Shown piece after piece: positions 16,683 to 24,676 of a stretch of DNA of 32,960 bases; position 1 is the first letter of the stretch, and every line of letters begins with the position of its first letter. This stretch comes from Capsulimonadales bacterium (GTDB lineage Bacteria > Armatimonadota > Armatimonadia > Armatimonadales > Armatimonadaceae): positions 1 through 32,960 of the forward strand of contig JANRLW010000041.1 of NCBI GenBank assembly GCA_033762295.1, written 5' to 3'. A model generated the notes under the pieces. It saw only the letters and a program-made list of their open reading frames with translations. It was not told the origin of the DNA and ran no database searches. The position numbers and the translations under genes were made by a program.

Positions 16683-17978
16683 ATGATCAACGCCTCAGGA
16701 CATAGCGCATCGCCCGGTCCACCCGATGGCCCGGAAACGCAGGACCGGGAGCAATGGACCGTCTGGATCATGCCGGTCCTGACACTGGTCATGGCCTACG
16801 GCCTGCTTTTTCTGACCTTTGCCGAAAAACTGGACCATGCGGAGGTCATGAAGCGGTGCGTTCTCAGCAACGATCAGTACGCCCGCATCTGGAGCGTCGG
16901 TAACGTCGAGATCGGACTGGCCTACCTCGGCGTCTTCGGTACGATGCTCTTCTACTTCCTGAAGATCTACCGCAACAGCGCCCTGCATTTACGGGATTTA
17001 ACCTTCGCTCTTTCCTACCTGCTCGGCAGCTTTATCCTCGACTATATCTGCGTGAAGACGTTCGAACCGTTCCCGGCGATGCTGATCGGGGACGGACTGG
17101 TGATGACGTTCACCCTGATCGTCTCCCGTCAGGTCTGGTTCCAGCGTCTGCTCGGGGTCTTCGTTCCGATGATCTTTCTGACGTGCGGCATCGGGCATTT
17201 GCTGGAAGGGCTGTCCTACTGGAAACTCACCTACGAGTGGAACGTTCCCTGGACGATGGTAACGGCGGATATCGGGTTCGCCGTTCTGGTGAACTCGTCC
17301 CGCTACCCGGCATTCATCCGGGGGGAAGACATCCTGAGCGAACTCAAGCAGGAGCGGGATCGAGCCGATCGCCTGACGCTGGAAGTGGAGGCGCGTCAGA
17401 AAGCGGAGGCGGAGAATCTCCGCCTGATGGAGGAGATCCGACAGACCACGGAGCGGCAGCGACGCTTCCTGCGGGATGTCCTGGCCAGCGTGACCGAGGG
17501 GCGTTTGCGTTATTGCGAGGTGTCGGAGGATCTGCCACCCCGACCGGACGGACCGTTCTATCGAACACCGCTCGACTCGGCGGAACGCCTGCGCGAATTG
17601 CGACGCGAAATCATCGAACTGATGCGCGTCAACGGTTTTTCCGAGGAGCGCATCGAGGAGGCGCAGATGGCGGCGCAGGAGGGTGCCATGAACGCCCTGG
17701 TACACGGTCAGGACGGACAGGCGGCGGTCTATCTGGTGGAGAACGAGGCCGGGCCGCACGTTCAGGTCTGGGTGGAGGACCGCGGACGAGGAATCGATAT
17801 GGAGAACCTTCCGCGTGCGACGCTGGAACCCGGGTTCAGTTCGGCGGGAACGCTCGGGCAGGGCTTCAAACTGATGCTTCGTACCGCCGACACGGTCTGG
17901 ATTCGCACCAACCGCAACGGGACGACGGTCGTCATCGAAAAAGGCCGGGAACCGCGTCCGAACCCGCTGCTCTCCTGA
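16683..17978 (+). CDS. Membrane sensor (ethylene-receptor-like domain) fused to an RsbT/RsbW-like HATPase_c kinase
   Basis: About 6 hydrophobic helices with IGLAY and FLTCGIGH motifs; a coiled coil; EGAMNALVHG (N box), VEDRGRGI (G1), GFSSAGTLGQGF (G2). No HisKA H-box seen. Confidence 0.8.
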   Translation: MINASGHSASPGPPDGPETQDREQWTVWIMPVLTLVMAYGLLFLTFAEKLDHAEVMKRCVLSNDQYARIWSVGNVEIGLAYLGVFGTMLFYFLKIYRNSALHLRDLTFALSYLLGSFILDYICVKTFEPFPAMLIGDGLVMTFTLIVSRQVWFQRLLGVFVPMIFLTCGIGHLLEGLSYWKLTYEWNVPWTMVTADIGFAVLVNSSRYPAFIRGEDILSELKQERDRADRLTLEVEARQKAEAENLRLMEEIRQTTERQRRFLRDVLASVTEGRLRYCEVSEDLPPRPDGPFYRTPLDSAERLRELRREIIELMRVNGFSEERIEEAQMAAQEGAMNALVHGQDGQAAVYLVENEAGPHVQVWVEDRGRGIDMENLPRATLEPGFSSAGTLGQGFKLMLRTADTVWIRTNRNGTTVVIEKGREPRPNPLLS

Positions 17979-18008
17979 TCGGACCGGCGACCGCTACCTG
18001 CACTATCC

Positions 18009-18728
18009 CTACGGCTTGCTGTCCTCGATCCCCATCTCGGAGAGGATCGTGTGCATGGTCGCGACCACCGCCGGAGCCGTGGCATTTCGGGGGCGCGGCA
18101 GGTCCACGATCGCTTCACGGCTGATGCGTGTCGGGCGGGCCGTCAGCACGACGATCCGGTCGGCGAGCTGCGCCGCCTCCTCGATGTCGTGGGTCACCAG
18201 CACCACCGTTCGAGGCCGTTCGGCCAGCATGCGCGACAACTCCTGGCGAAGTTTCAGCCGGGTCAGATAATCCAGGGACGAAAAAGGCTCGTCCATCAGC
18301 AGAATATCGGTTCTCCCGACGAGGGCGCGGGCCAGTTCGGTGCGCTGCTTCATGCCGCCGGACAGTTCGTGGGGGTAGTGTCCGCCGAAGTTTTCCAGCC
18401 CGATCAGGGCAAGAATCTCCGTGATCGCCCGTTCGCGCTCCTCCGGCGTCGACAGATGCTGCAGACCGAGCAGAATGTTCTCCCGAACGGTCCGCCAGGG
18501 GAACAGCCCATCCTGCTGATAGACGGTGCGCGTGTTTCCATCCACCGCCACGCTTCCGGAGGTCGGCGCGAGGTTCCCGGCGATCAGGTTCAGAAGGGTG
18601 GTCTTGCCGCAGCCGGACGGACCGACGATCGCCACGAACTCGCCCGGATGGACCTGCAGGCTGAAGCGATCCAGCACCGTCACCGAGCCGAACGCGCAGG
18701 TGACGTTCTCAAAACGGACCGAACTCAA
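18009..18728 (-). CDS. NitT/TauT-family ABC transporter ATP-binding protein
   Basis: GPSGCGKTT, LFPWRTV, YPHELSGGMKQR, LLMDEPFSSLD, VTHDIEEA. Confidence 0.95.
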   Translation of the reverse strand: MSSVRFENVTCAFGSVTVLDRFSLQVHPGEFVAIVGPSGCGKTTLLNLIAGNLAPTSGSVAVDGNTRTVYQQDGLFPWRTVRENILLGLQHLSTPEERERAITEILALIGLENFGGHYPHELSGGMKQRTELARALVGRTDILLMDEPFSSLDYLTRLKLRQELSRMLAERPRTVVLVTHDIEEAAQLADRIVVLTARPTRISREAIVDLPRPRNATAPAVVATMHTILSEMGIEDSKP

Positions 18729-19498
18729 CGTTCGTACCCCCAGCGCACCGAAGGCAGCCGGGTCAGGCCGGAGAGAAGACGGTCCAGCACGATCCCGATC
18801 AAACCGATGACGATCATCGCCGACACCAGTCGGTCCATCCGCAGGCCGTTCCGCGCGTCCCAGACGAGAAAGCCCAGGCCCTCCCGCCCGGCGATCATTT
18901 CGGCGGCGACCAGAACCAGCCAGGAAAGGCCCACCGTGACTCGCAGCGACGTGATGACCTGTGGAAGAATCGCCGGAAGAATGACCTCGGTCAGAAGTCG
19001 CGAACCGGTGATCCCGTAATCGCGCGCGACCCGGAAGTGGACGCGCGGGATGTTGGCAACCGCCGCCGCCGTGGAAACGGTCAGCGGAAAGGTGGCCGCC
19101 AGGAAGATCAGGAAGACGGTGGAAACATCGCCGATGCCGAACCAGAGGATGGCGAACGGTATCCAGGCGATCGGCGAGAGGTTGCGGAAGAAGTTCACGG
19201 CAGGCAACAGGGCAAGCCGGGCGTTCCGTGAAAGCCCGATTCCCAGGCCAAGCGGGATGCCGACCACCATCGAGAGGAGGAAGCCGCAGGCGACGCGCCA
19301 GAGGGAGGCGACGATATCGCGCGGCAGCGAGCCGTCCTTCATATCACCCAGAAACGCCCGGACGACCGACTGCGGGGACGGGAAGGCCGACTCCGGCGCG
19401 AGGCGCAGCGCCGTAAACCCGAACCAGAACGCCATCAGGACGACGAAGGTGACGGCGGGCAACAGAAAAGCGTTAAAGGAATTAGGGCGGTCCGACAT
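18725..19498 (-). CDS. NitT/TauT-family ABC transporter permease (SsuC/TauC-like)
   Basis: FPSP..V, SLWRV, SPIAWIPFAILWFGIG, VILPAILP, SWLVLVAAEMIAG..GLG. Start placed at ATG 19498. Confidence 0.93.
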   Translation of the reverse strand: MSDRPNSFNAFLLPAVTFVVLMAFWFGFTALRLAPESAFPSPQSVVRAFLGDMKDGSLPRDIVASLWRVACGFLLSMVVGIPLGLGIGLSRNARLALLPAVNFFRNLSPIAWIPFAILWFGIGDVSTVFLIFLAATFPLTVSTAAAVANIPRVHFRVARDYGITGSRLLTEVILPAILPQVITSLRVTVGLSWLVLVAAEMIAGREGLGFLVWDARNGLRMDRLVSAMIVIGLIGIVLDRLLSGLTRLPSVRWGYER

Positions 19499-19696
19499 AG
19501 GACGTTGACATTTCCGGACGCGGGAGCCAAAAGAGGAGACCGGCGGGTGTCCCGTCGAACTCTGTTTTGAATCCGCGCCGTTTGCACTATAGCACGGCAA
19601 TCCGCCTGCGCCCATCGCCGACCGACCTCCGAACCGTCACGGACGGTCGACCGCAGGGTTTCCCGGCAACGCCGCCGCGACCATCCGGTAACCATT

Positions 19697-22600
19697 ATGA
19701 AAAGCATGAACTTACCCGATCGATATCCCGCTCGTCTCTCTTCGACAATGGGGTTTTTGGCCCTCCTGCCGTTGCTCGCCGGCTGTCCCGGCGGCAACGG
19801 GAGCGGTAACGGCGGGACCACGATATCCGCCGGTTCGCCGAAATATGCCGAACTGGCCGGGGCGTTTTCCCGCGCCGTCGTCGCCCTGGAAGTCGACGGC
19901 CAGCAGGCGGCGGACTGGGTGCCGCAGGTAACGACGATCGCACCCGACGAGCCCGCCGGTTGGGCCAATCTCGGCCTGTTCCAGCTGCGAAAGGGGCGAC
20001 CGGAGGAGGCGATCGTCAGCCTCAACAAGGCGCAGCAACTGGCCCCGCAAAACAGTGTCATCCTGGCCAACCTCGGACTGGCCGAGACGCGCCGGGGGAA
20101 TTTCGTCGAAGCGATCGCCGCCCTGCGCAAAGCGATCGCCATCGACCCGAACGACGTCCGCGCGATGTATGCTCTTTACAAGGCGATCGAACAGCAGGGC
20201 GGGGCGGACGCCGGGACCGAAGGCGACAAACTGCTGGCCGCGATCCTGGAGAAACAACCCGGGAACCTGGCCGCGATTCTGGAGCGGACGCGATTGGCCG
20301 CGCGCCGGGGCGATCAGGCGACCGCGCGCGCCGGGGTCGCCGCGCTGACCGAACGAAGCGCCGCCTGGCCCGCCCCTTACCGGAATCAACTGACCGCCCT
20401 GGGGAAGGCGGTGGAAGCCAACATTCGCGCCGCCGCGCCCGAAGCGATTCGGATGGGCAATTTCCTCAAGCAGACGGTGGAGTATCGGATCGGACTCCAG
20501 GCGATCGAGGGCAGCGCGACCGAAGTCGGTCAACTGGTCCGTCAGTTGATCAAGTATCCCCCGGTCGTCAGTACGCCGGCCGAGCCGGATACCGGCCTGA
20601 CGTACACGGTCGAACCGGCGGACGCGGAAGGGAAGGGCGGGTTCGTTCGCGCCGTTTTCCCGACCGGGGAGGGGACGCCGATCGTCCGCGCCGCCGCTTC
20701 GGCGTTCACGACGATCGACTTCGATTACGACTTCCAAACCGATCTCGTCTCCGTCGGAACGAACGGTCTGTCCCTGCTCCGTGGGCAGGACGGCAAGTTC
20801 GTCGATGTCACCGCGAAGATGAAACTGCCGCCGACCGTCACCAAAAAGGCCTACTCCGGAGCCTGGGTCGCCGATATCGATCTCGACGGCGATCCGGATA
20901 TCGTTCCCGGCGCGAAAGACGGAGCCGTGATCCTGCGGAACAACGGTGACGGGACCTTCAAAACCCTCCGTCCGTTCCCGGACCTGACCGGAATCACCGG
21001 ATTTGCCTGGGGCGATCTCGACAACGATGGCGATCCGGACGCGGTGGTAATCGACGGAGCCGGACGGATGCGGGTCTACTCCAACGAGCGCAACGGCCTT
21101 TTCGTCGCCCGCCCGTTGCCGGGCGGACTGGAGAACGTGGCCACGGTGACGATCGCCGATACGGATCGGGATGGCCGGTTCGATATCGTCGCGCGCAAAT
21201 CCGATGGCCGTGTTGTGGCGATCCGGGAGGAGGCCGAAGGGAAGGCGTTCGCCGTGACGGATCTCGTCCGAACGACCGCAGCGGCGGACGGCTCCGTTCT
21301 GGTGGCCGATGCGGATAACAACGGCGGTAACGACCTGATCCTGTCCGATGGCAAGGGGACGGAGGTATTCCTGTCCGACGCCCGGGGCGCGTTCCCGGCG
21401 ACGGCGACGGCGACGGTCGCTCTGGCGACGCGTGACGTGGCCGATCTCAACGGCGACGGTCGGCTCGACCTGATCGGCACGGCGAACGGACAGCCGACCC
21501 GGGCGGTGAGCAAGGGCACGAAGGAGTATGGTTATTTGGTGGTCCGGCCACGCGCCGCCGAGAAAGGAAAGGCGACCGGTGACCGACGGATCAACTCCTT
21601 CGGAATCGGCGGAGAGATCGCCGTCCGCTCCGGACTGGTGACGCAGAAGCAGAGAATCGAGGCCCCGGTCGTGCATTTCGGTCTTGGCGAGGGAAAACAG
21701 GCGCAGTATGTCCGGATCGTCTGGCCCAATGGCTACGTACAGGGAGAATTCGATACCGACGCCAGAACGCGGAAGCCGATCGATGCCGGAATGACTCTGG
21801 TGGCCGAACAGCGCCTGGTCACCTCCTGTCCTTTCCTGTTCGCCTGGGATGGCGAACGGATGTCCTTCGTCACCGACTGTATCTGGCGGTCGCCGCTCGG
21901 CCTGAAGATCAATGCGCAGGGGACCTCCGATGTCGCCATGACCGAGGACTGGGTCAAAATCCGGGGCGACCAGTTGAAACCGCGCAACGATGAAGAGGGG
22001 CGTCCGTACTACGATCTGCGAATCACCGCCGACCTCTGGGAAACGCACTTCTTCGACCACCTCGCGCTGATGACCGTGGACCATCCGAAGGGAACCGATA
22101 TCTGGGTGGACGAGCGATTCGCGATTCCACCGCCGCCGCTGTCGGTCATCGTCACGCGACCGCCGACCCCGGTGAAGGCCACGGCCGATACCGGCGAGGA
22201 TATGACCGGGACGATCCGGGCGCGAGACGGGGTTCATGCCGACTATTTCGGACGGGGCAAGTACCAGGGAGTCACACGGGATCATGCCCTGACACTGGAC
22301 CTCGGCAAAGCGGCGACCGTCGGGACCGGACCGCTCTATCTGATCGCCAACGGATGGATTCATCCGACCAACAGCTCGATCAATGTCGCGCTCTCCCAGG
22401 GCGGCGACACGCCGCCGACCGGTCTGTCGCTGGAGGTGCCGGACGGAAAAGGCGGCTGGAAGACGGCGAAGGCCGGCCTGGGTTTCCCGACCGGCAAGGT
22501 CAAGACGGTCGTTCTGCGGGTGGATGATATCCTGAAGGGCGGAACCCGGCTGCGCCTGCGGACCAATCTGGAGATTTTCTGGGACAGCATCGGTGTGGCG

Positions 22601-23128
22601 CGCGGCGTCCCGAATGCACCGGTCGGGAAGATGAAACAGGTGGCCGGAACCGCCGAACTGGGGTACCGGGGTTTCACGACCATCACCGCCGTCGATAAAT
22701 CCTCCCCCGAACTGCCCGTGGGCTACGAACCGGTCGTCAGTCGACGGCAGCGGTGGCGCAGTCTCGAAGGGTTCCACACCCGGTTCGGGGATGTCCGTGA
22801 ACTGCTGACCCGGATCGACGACCGGTACATCATCATGGGACCGGGGGACGAGATCCGGATGCGCTTCGCCGTTCCCCCGCCGCCTAAACCGGGGTACGTC
22901 CGGGACTTCATCCTGATCGGTGACGGATGGGTCAAGGATGGCGACCTGAACACGACGTTCTCCAAAACCGTCCTGCCCTTACCGACGCATGCCGATCCGA
23001 AATACGATCGCCGTCCGACAACGCTGGAAGAGGACCCGGTCTATCGGAAGCGCCGGAGCGACTGGGAGACGTTTCACACACGGTTTGTGTCGACCGAGGA
23101 ATTTCGGGACACACTGTGGGAGAAATAG
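19697..23128 (+). CDS. Large lipoprotein with TPR repeats, FG-GAP/VCBS repeats and an ASPIC/UnbV (CRTAC1-like) domain
   Basis: Lipobox LLAGC; TPR helices (WANLGL, LANLGL, AIAALRKAIAIDP); repeated DxDxDGxxD motifs; NSFGIGG..HFGLG..IVWPNG; C-terminal extension beginning SCPFLFAWDG. Confidence 0.88.
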   Translation: MKSMNLPDRYPARLSSTMGFLALLPLLAGCPGGNGSGNGGTTISAGSPKYAELAGAFSRAVVALEVDGQQAADWVPQVTTIAPDEPAGWANLGLFQLRKGRPEEAIVSLNKAQQLAPQNSVILANLGLAETRRGNFVEAIAALRKAIAIDPNDVRAMYALYKAIEQQGGADAGTEGDKLLAAILEKQPGNLAAILERTRLAARRGDQATARAGVAALTERSAAWPAPYRNQLTALGKAVEANIRAAAPEAIRMGNFLKQTVEYRIGLQAIEGSATEVGQLVRQLIKYPPVVSTPAEPDTGLTYTVEPADAEGKGGFVRAVFPTGEGTPIVRAAASAFTTIDFDYDFQTDLVSVGTNGLSLLRGQDGKFVDVTAKMKLPPTVTKKAYSGAWVADIDLDGDPDIVPGAKDGAVILRNNGDGTFKTLRPFPDLTGITGFAWGDLDNDGDPDAVVIDGAGRMRVYSNERNGLFVARPLPGGLENVATVTIADTDRDGRFDIVARKSDGRVVAIREEAEGKAFAVTDLVRTTAAADGSVLVADADNNGGNDLILSDGKGTEVFLSDARGAFPATATATVALATRDVADLNGDGRLDLIGTANGQPTRAVSKGTKEYGYLVVRPRAAEKGKATGDRRINSFGIGGEIAVRSGLVTQKQRIEAPVVHFGLGEGKQAQYVRIVWPNGYVQGEFDTDARTRKPIDAGMTLVAEQRLVTSCPFLFAWDGERMSFVTDCIWRSPLGLKINAQGTSDVAMTEDWVKIRGDQLKPRNDEEGRPYYDLRITADLWETHFFDHLALMTVDHPKGTDIWVDERFAIPPPPLSVIVTRPPTPVKATADTGEDMTGTIRARDGVHADYFGRGKYQGVTRDHALTLDLGKAATVGTGPLYLIANGWIHPTNSSINVALSQGGDTPPTGLSLEVPDGKGGWKTAKAGLGFPTGKVKTVVLRVDDILKGGTRLRLRTNLEIFWDSIGVARGVPNAPVGKMKQVAGTAELGYRGFTTITAVDKSSPELPVGYEPVVSRRQRWRSLEGFHTRFGDVRELLTRIDDRYIIMGPGDEIRMRFAVPPPPKPGYVRDFILIGDGWVKDGDLNTTFSKTVLPLPTHADPKYDRRPTTLEEDPVYRKRRSDWETFHTRFVSTEEFRDTLWEK

Positions 23129-23156
23129 GGTCGGAAACCGGGGTCGGAAACAGGGT
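23128..23156. repeat. Short tandem duplication GGGTCGGAAAC in the intergenic gap
   Basis: gggtcggaaac-cg-gggtcggaaac-agggt between the lipoprotein stop and the upp RBS. Confidence 0.5.
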
Positions 23157-23168
23157 TCAGGAGAGGAT

Positions 23169-23792
23169 ATGCACGAAAATCTAATTGTCATCGATCACCC
23201 GCTCGCCCGTCACCTGGTGACGCATCTGCGCGACGAAACGACGAAACCGGCGCTGTTCCGGACGGTGAGCAACCATCTGACGGTTCTGCTGGCTCTGGAA
23301 GCGACCCGCGACCTGCCGACCCGACTGCAGGAGATTCGGACCCCGCTCGAGGGGATGGTCGGAGAGGTGCTGGCCGGCGGCCTGGTCGTGGTACCGATCC
23401 TTCGGGCCGGCCTCGGCATGCTCGGCCCGATCGTCGAACTGTTTCCGGAGGTCGCCGTCGGCTACATCGGCCTGGCCCGCGACCACACGACGGCGGTCGC
23501 GTCGTCCTATTACTGCAAACTGCCGCCGATGAACGAACGAACCGTGCTGGTGACGGACCCGATGCTGGCGACCGGCGGTTCGGCGAGTCAGGCGATCACG
23601 GCGATCAAAAAGGCCGGAGCGACCCGTATCCGCCTCGTCTGCGTCGTGGCCGCGCCCGAGGGCGTCGCACGAGTGCACGCCGACCATCCCGACGTCCCGA
23701 TCTACCTGGCCGCCCTGGACCGGGAACTCAACCCGGCACGGTATATCCTCCCCGGTCTGGGCGACTACGGCGACCGCCTCTACGGCACGTGA
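23169..23792 (+). CDS. upp: Uracil phosphoribosyltransferase
   Basis: HPL, LRD..T, VPILRAGLGM, DPMLATGGSA, YILPGLGDYGDRLYGT; SD GGAGAGG. Confidence 0.97.
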   Translation: MHENLIVIDHPLARHLVTHLRDETTKPALFRTVSNHLTVLLALEATRDLPTRLQEIRTPLEGMVGEVLAGGLVVVPILRAGLGMLGPIVELFPEVAVGYIGLARDHTTAVASSYYCKLPPMNERTVLVTDPMLATGGSASQAITAIKKAGATRIRLVCVVAAPEGVARVHADHPDVPIYLAALDRELNPARYILPGLGDYGDRLYGT

Positions 23793-23820
23793 TCGGGACG
23801 TCCTCGAAACAGCAACGCGA

Positions 23821-24636
23821 TCAGGCCGTTTTGGTGACTGTCAGCGGACTCAGCAGGCTTTCGTACACCGGAAGGGTCGGAGCGAGCCAGACCATGCCCG
23901 TGCCACGGAAGGTCTGCAGAAGACCCTCACCGCTGGTGACCGCGCCCAGAACGGAGTTGGACGCCTTCTCCACCGTGAACCGCACGTCGCCGGTTCGCAG
24001 AAGCGCGAAGGAACCGTCCACCTGCAGCGTTTCGTTGTTGAGCGGGACCGCGACAATCTCCTGCGGCGCGACCGGAATCGTGAAGGCGACCACGCCTGAA
24101 CCGCTGACTTTTGTCTGGTAACGTCCCTCGCCGCCCGCCATCCGCGCCGAGAAACTCTCGACTTTGTGCGCCTCCACCTTGACCGAGTCCTCGCAACAGG
24201 AGAACAGCCCCTGATCGGCGTACAGCGTCTGGTCCTTCAGTTCCATCAGCCAGGTGAATCGGAAACTCGGTTCCAGATACAGTTCGCCGACGCCCCGATA
24301 GAGAGGCTTGAACAGGGTCTCCCCGGTGCGTGCCGCCGCCAGCGCCCCTTTGAGCAGTCCGCCGACGCCCGCGCCGGTGCCGGTATCGCTCACCATCTCG
24401 ATGTTGCCTTTCGCGAACTGCAGCGCGCCGGGTTCCGTTCGTACGGCATCGTTGTTCAGGCGGATACGCACCTGGCGGAGCCGTGTCCCGGATCGATTCA
24501 ACGAATAGAACTGCTCGGCGCTGGCGGGGGAGCCGTTCCCGGACAGATCACCATATTCCAGAAGCTCGAAAACCGTCCCACCCCGCGTCACGCTCTCTTT
24601 TACGCTGAACGGTAATTTATCCGGAGAAATATCCAT
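23821..24636 (-). CDS. AIM24 family protein
   Basis: EPGAL...G, TGETLFKPLYRGVGELYLEP, GGEG..Q....G.G, LQVDGSFALLR, SGEGLLQTFRGTGMVWLAP. Confidence 0.88.
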   Translation of the reverse strand: MDISPDKLPFSVKESVTRGGTVFELLEYGDLSGNGSPASAEQFYSLNRSGTRLRQVRIRLNNDAVRTEPGALQFAKGNIEMVSDTGTGAGVGGLLKGALAAARTGETLFKPLYRGVGELYLEPSFRFTWLMELKDQTLYADQGLFSCCEDSVKVEAHKVESFSARMAGGEGRYQTKVSGSGVVAFTIPVAPQEIVAVPLNNETLQVDGSFALLRTGDVRFTVEKASNSVLGAVTSGEGLLQTFRGTGMVWLAPTLPVYESLLSPLTVTKTA

Positions 24637-24676
24637 TATCGTTGCCTTTCCTGCCCAATATACGGGCGTTCGGTCG

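Noticed and set aside
19499..19590. Possible guanidine or TPP riboswitch before the ABC permease
   Set aside because: I found neither paired ACGR hairpins nor the TPP CTGAGA core.
19712..22777. 1021-aa minus-strand ORF
   Set aside because: Antisense shadow of the TPR/FG-GAP gene; long stop-free reverse frames are expected with high-GC codon bias, and it has no recognisable motifs.
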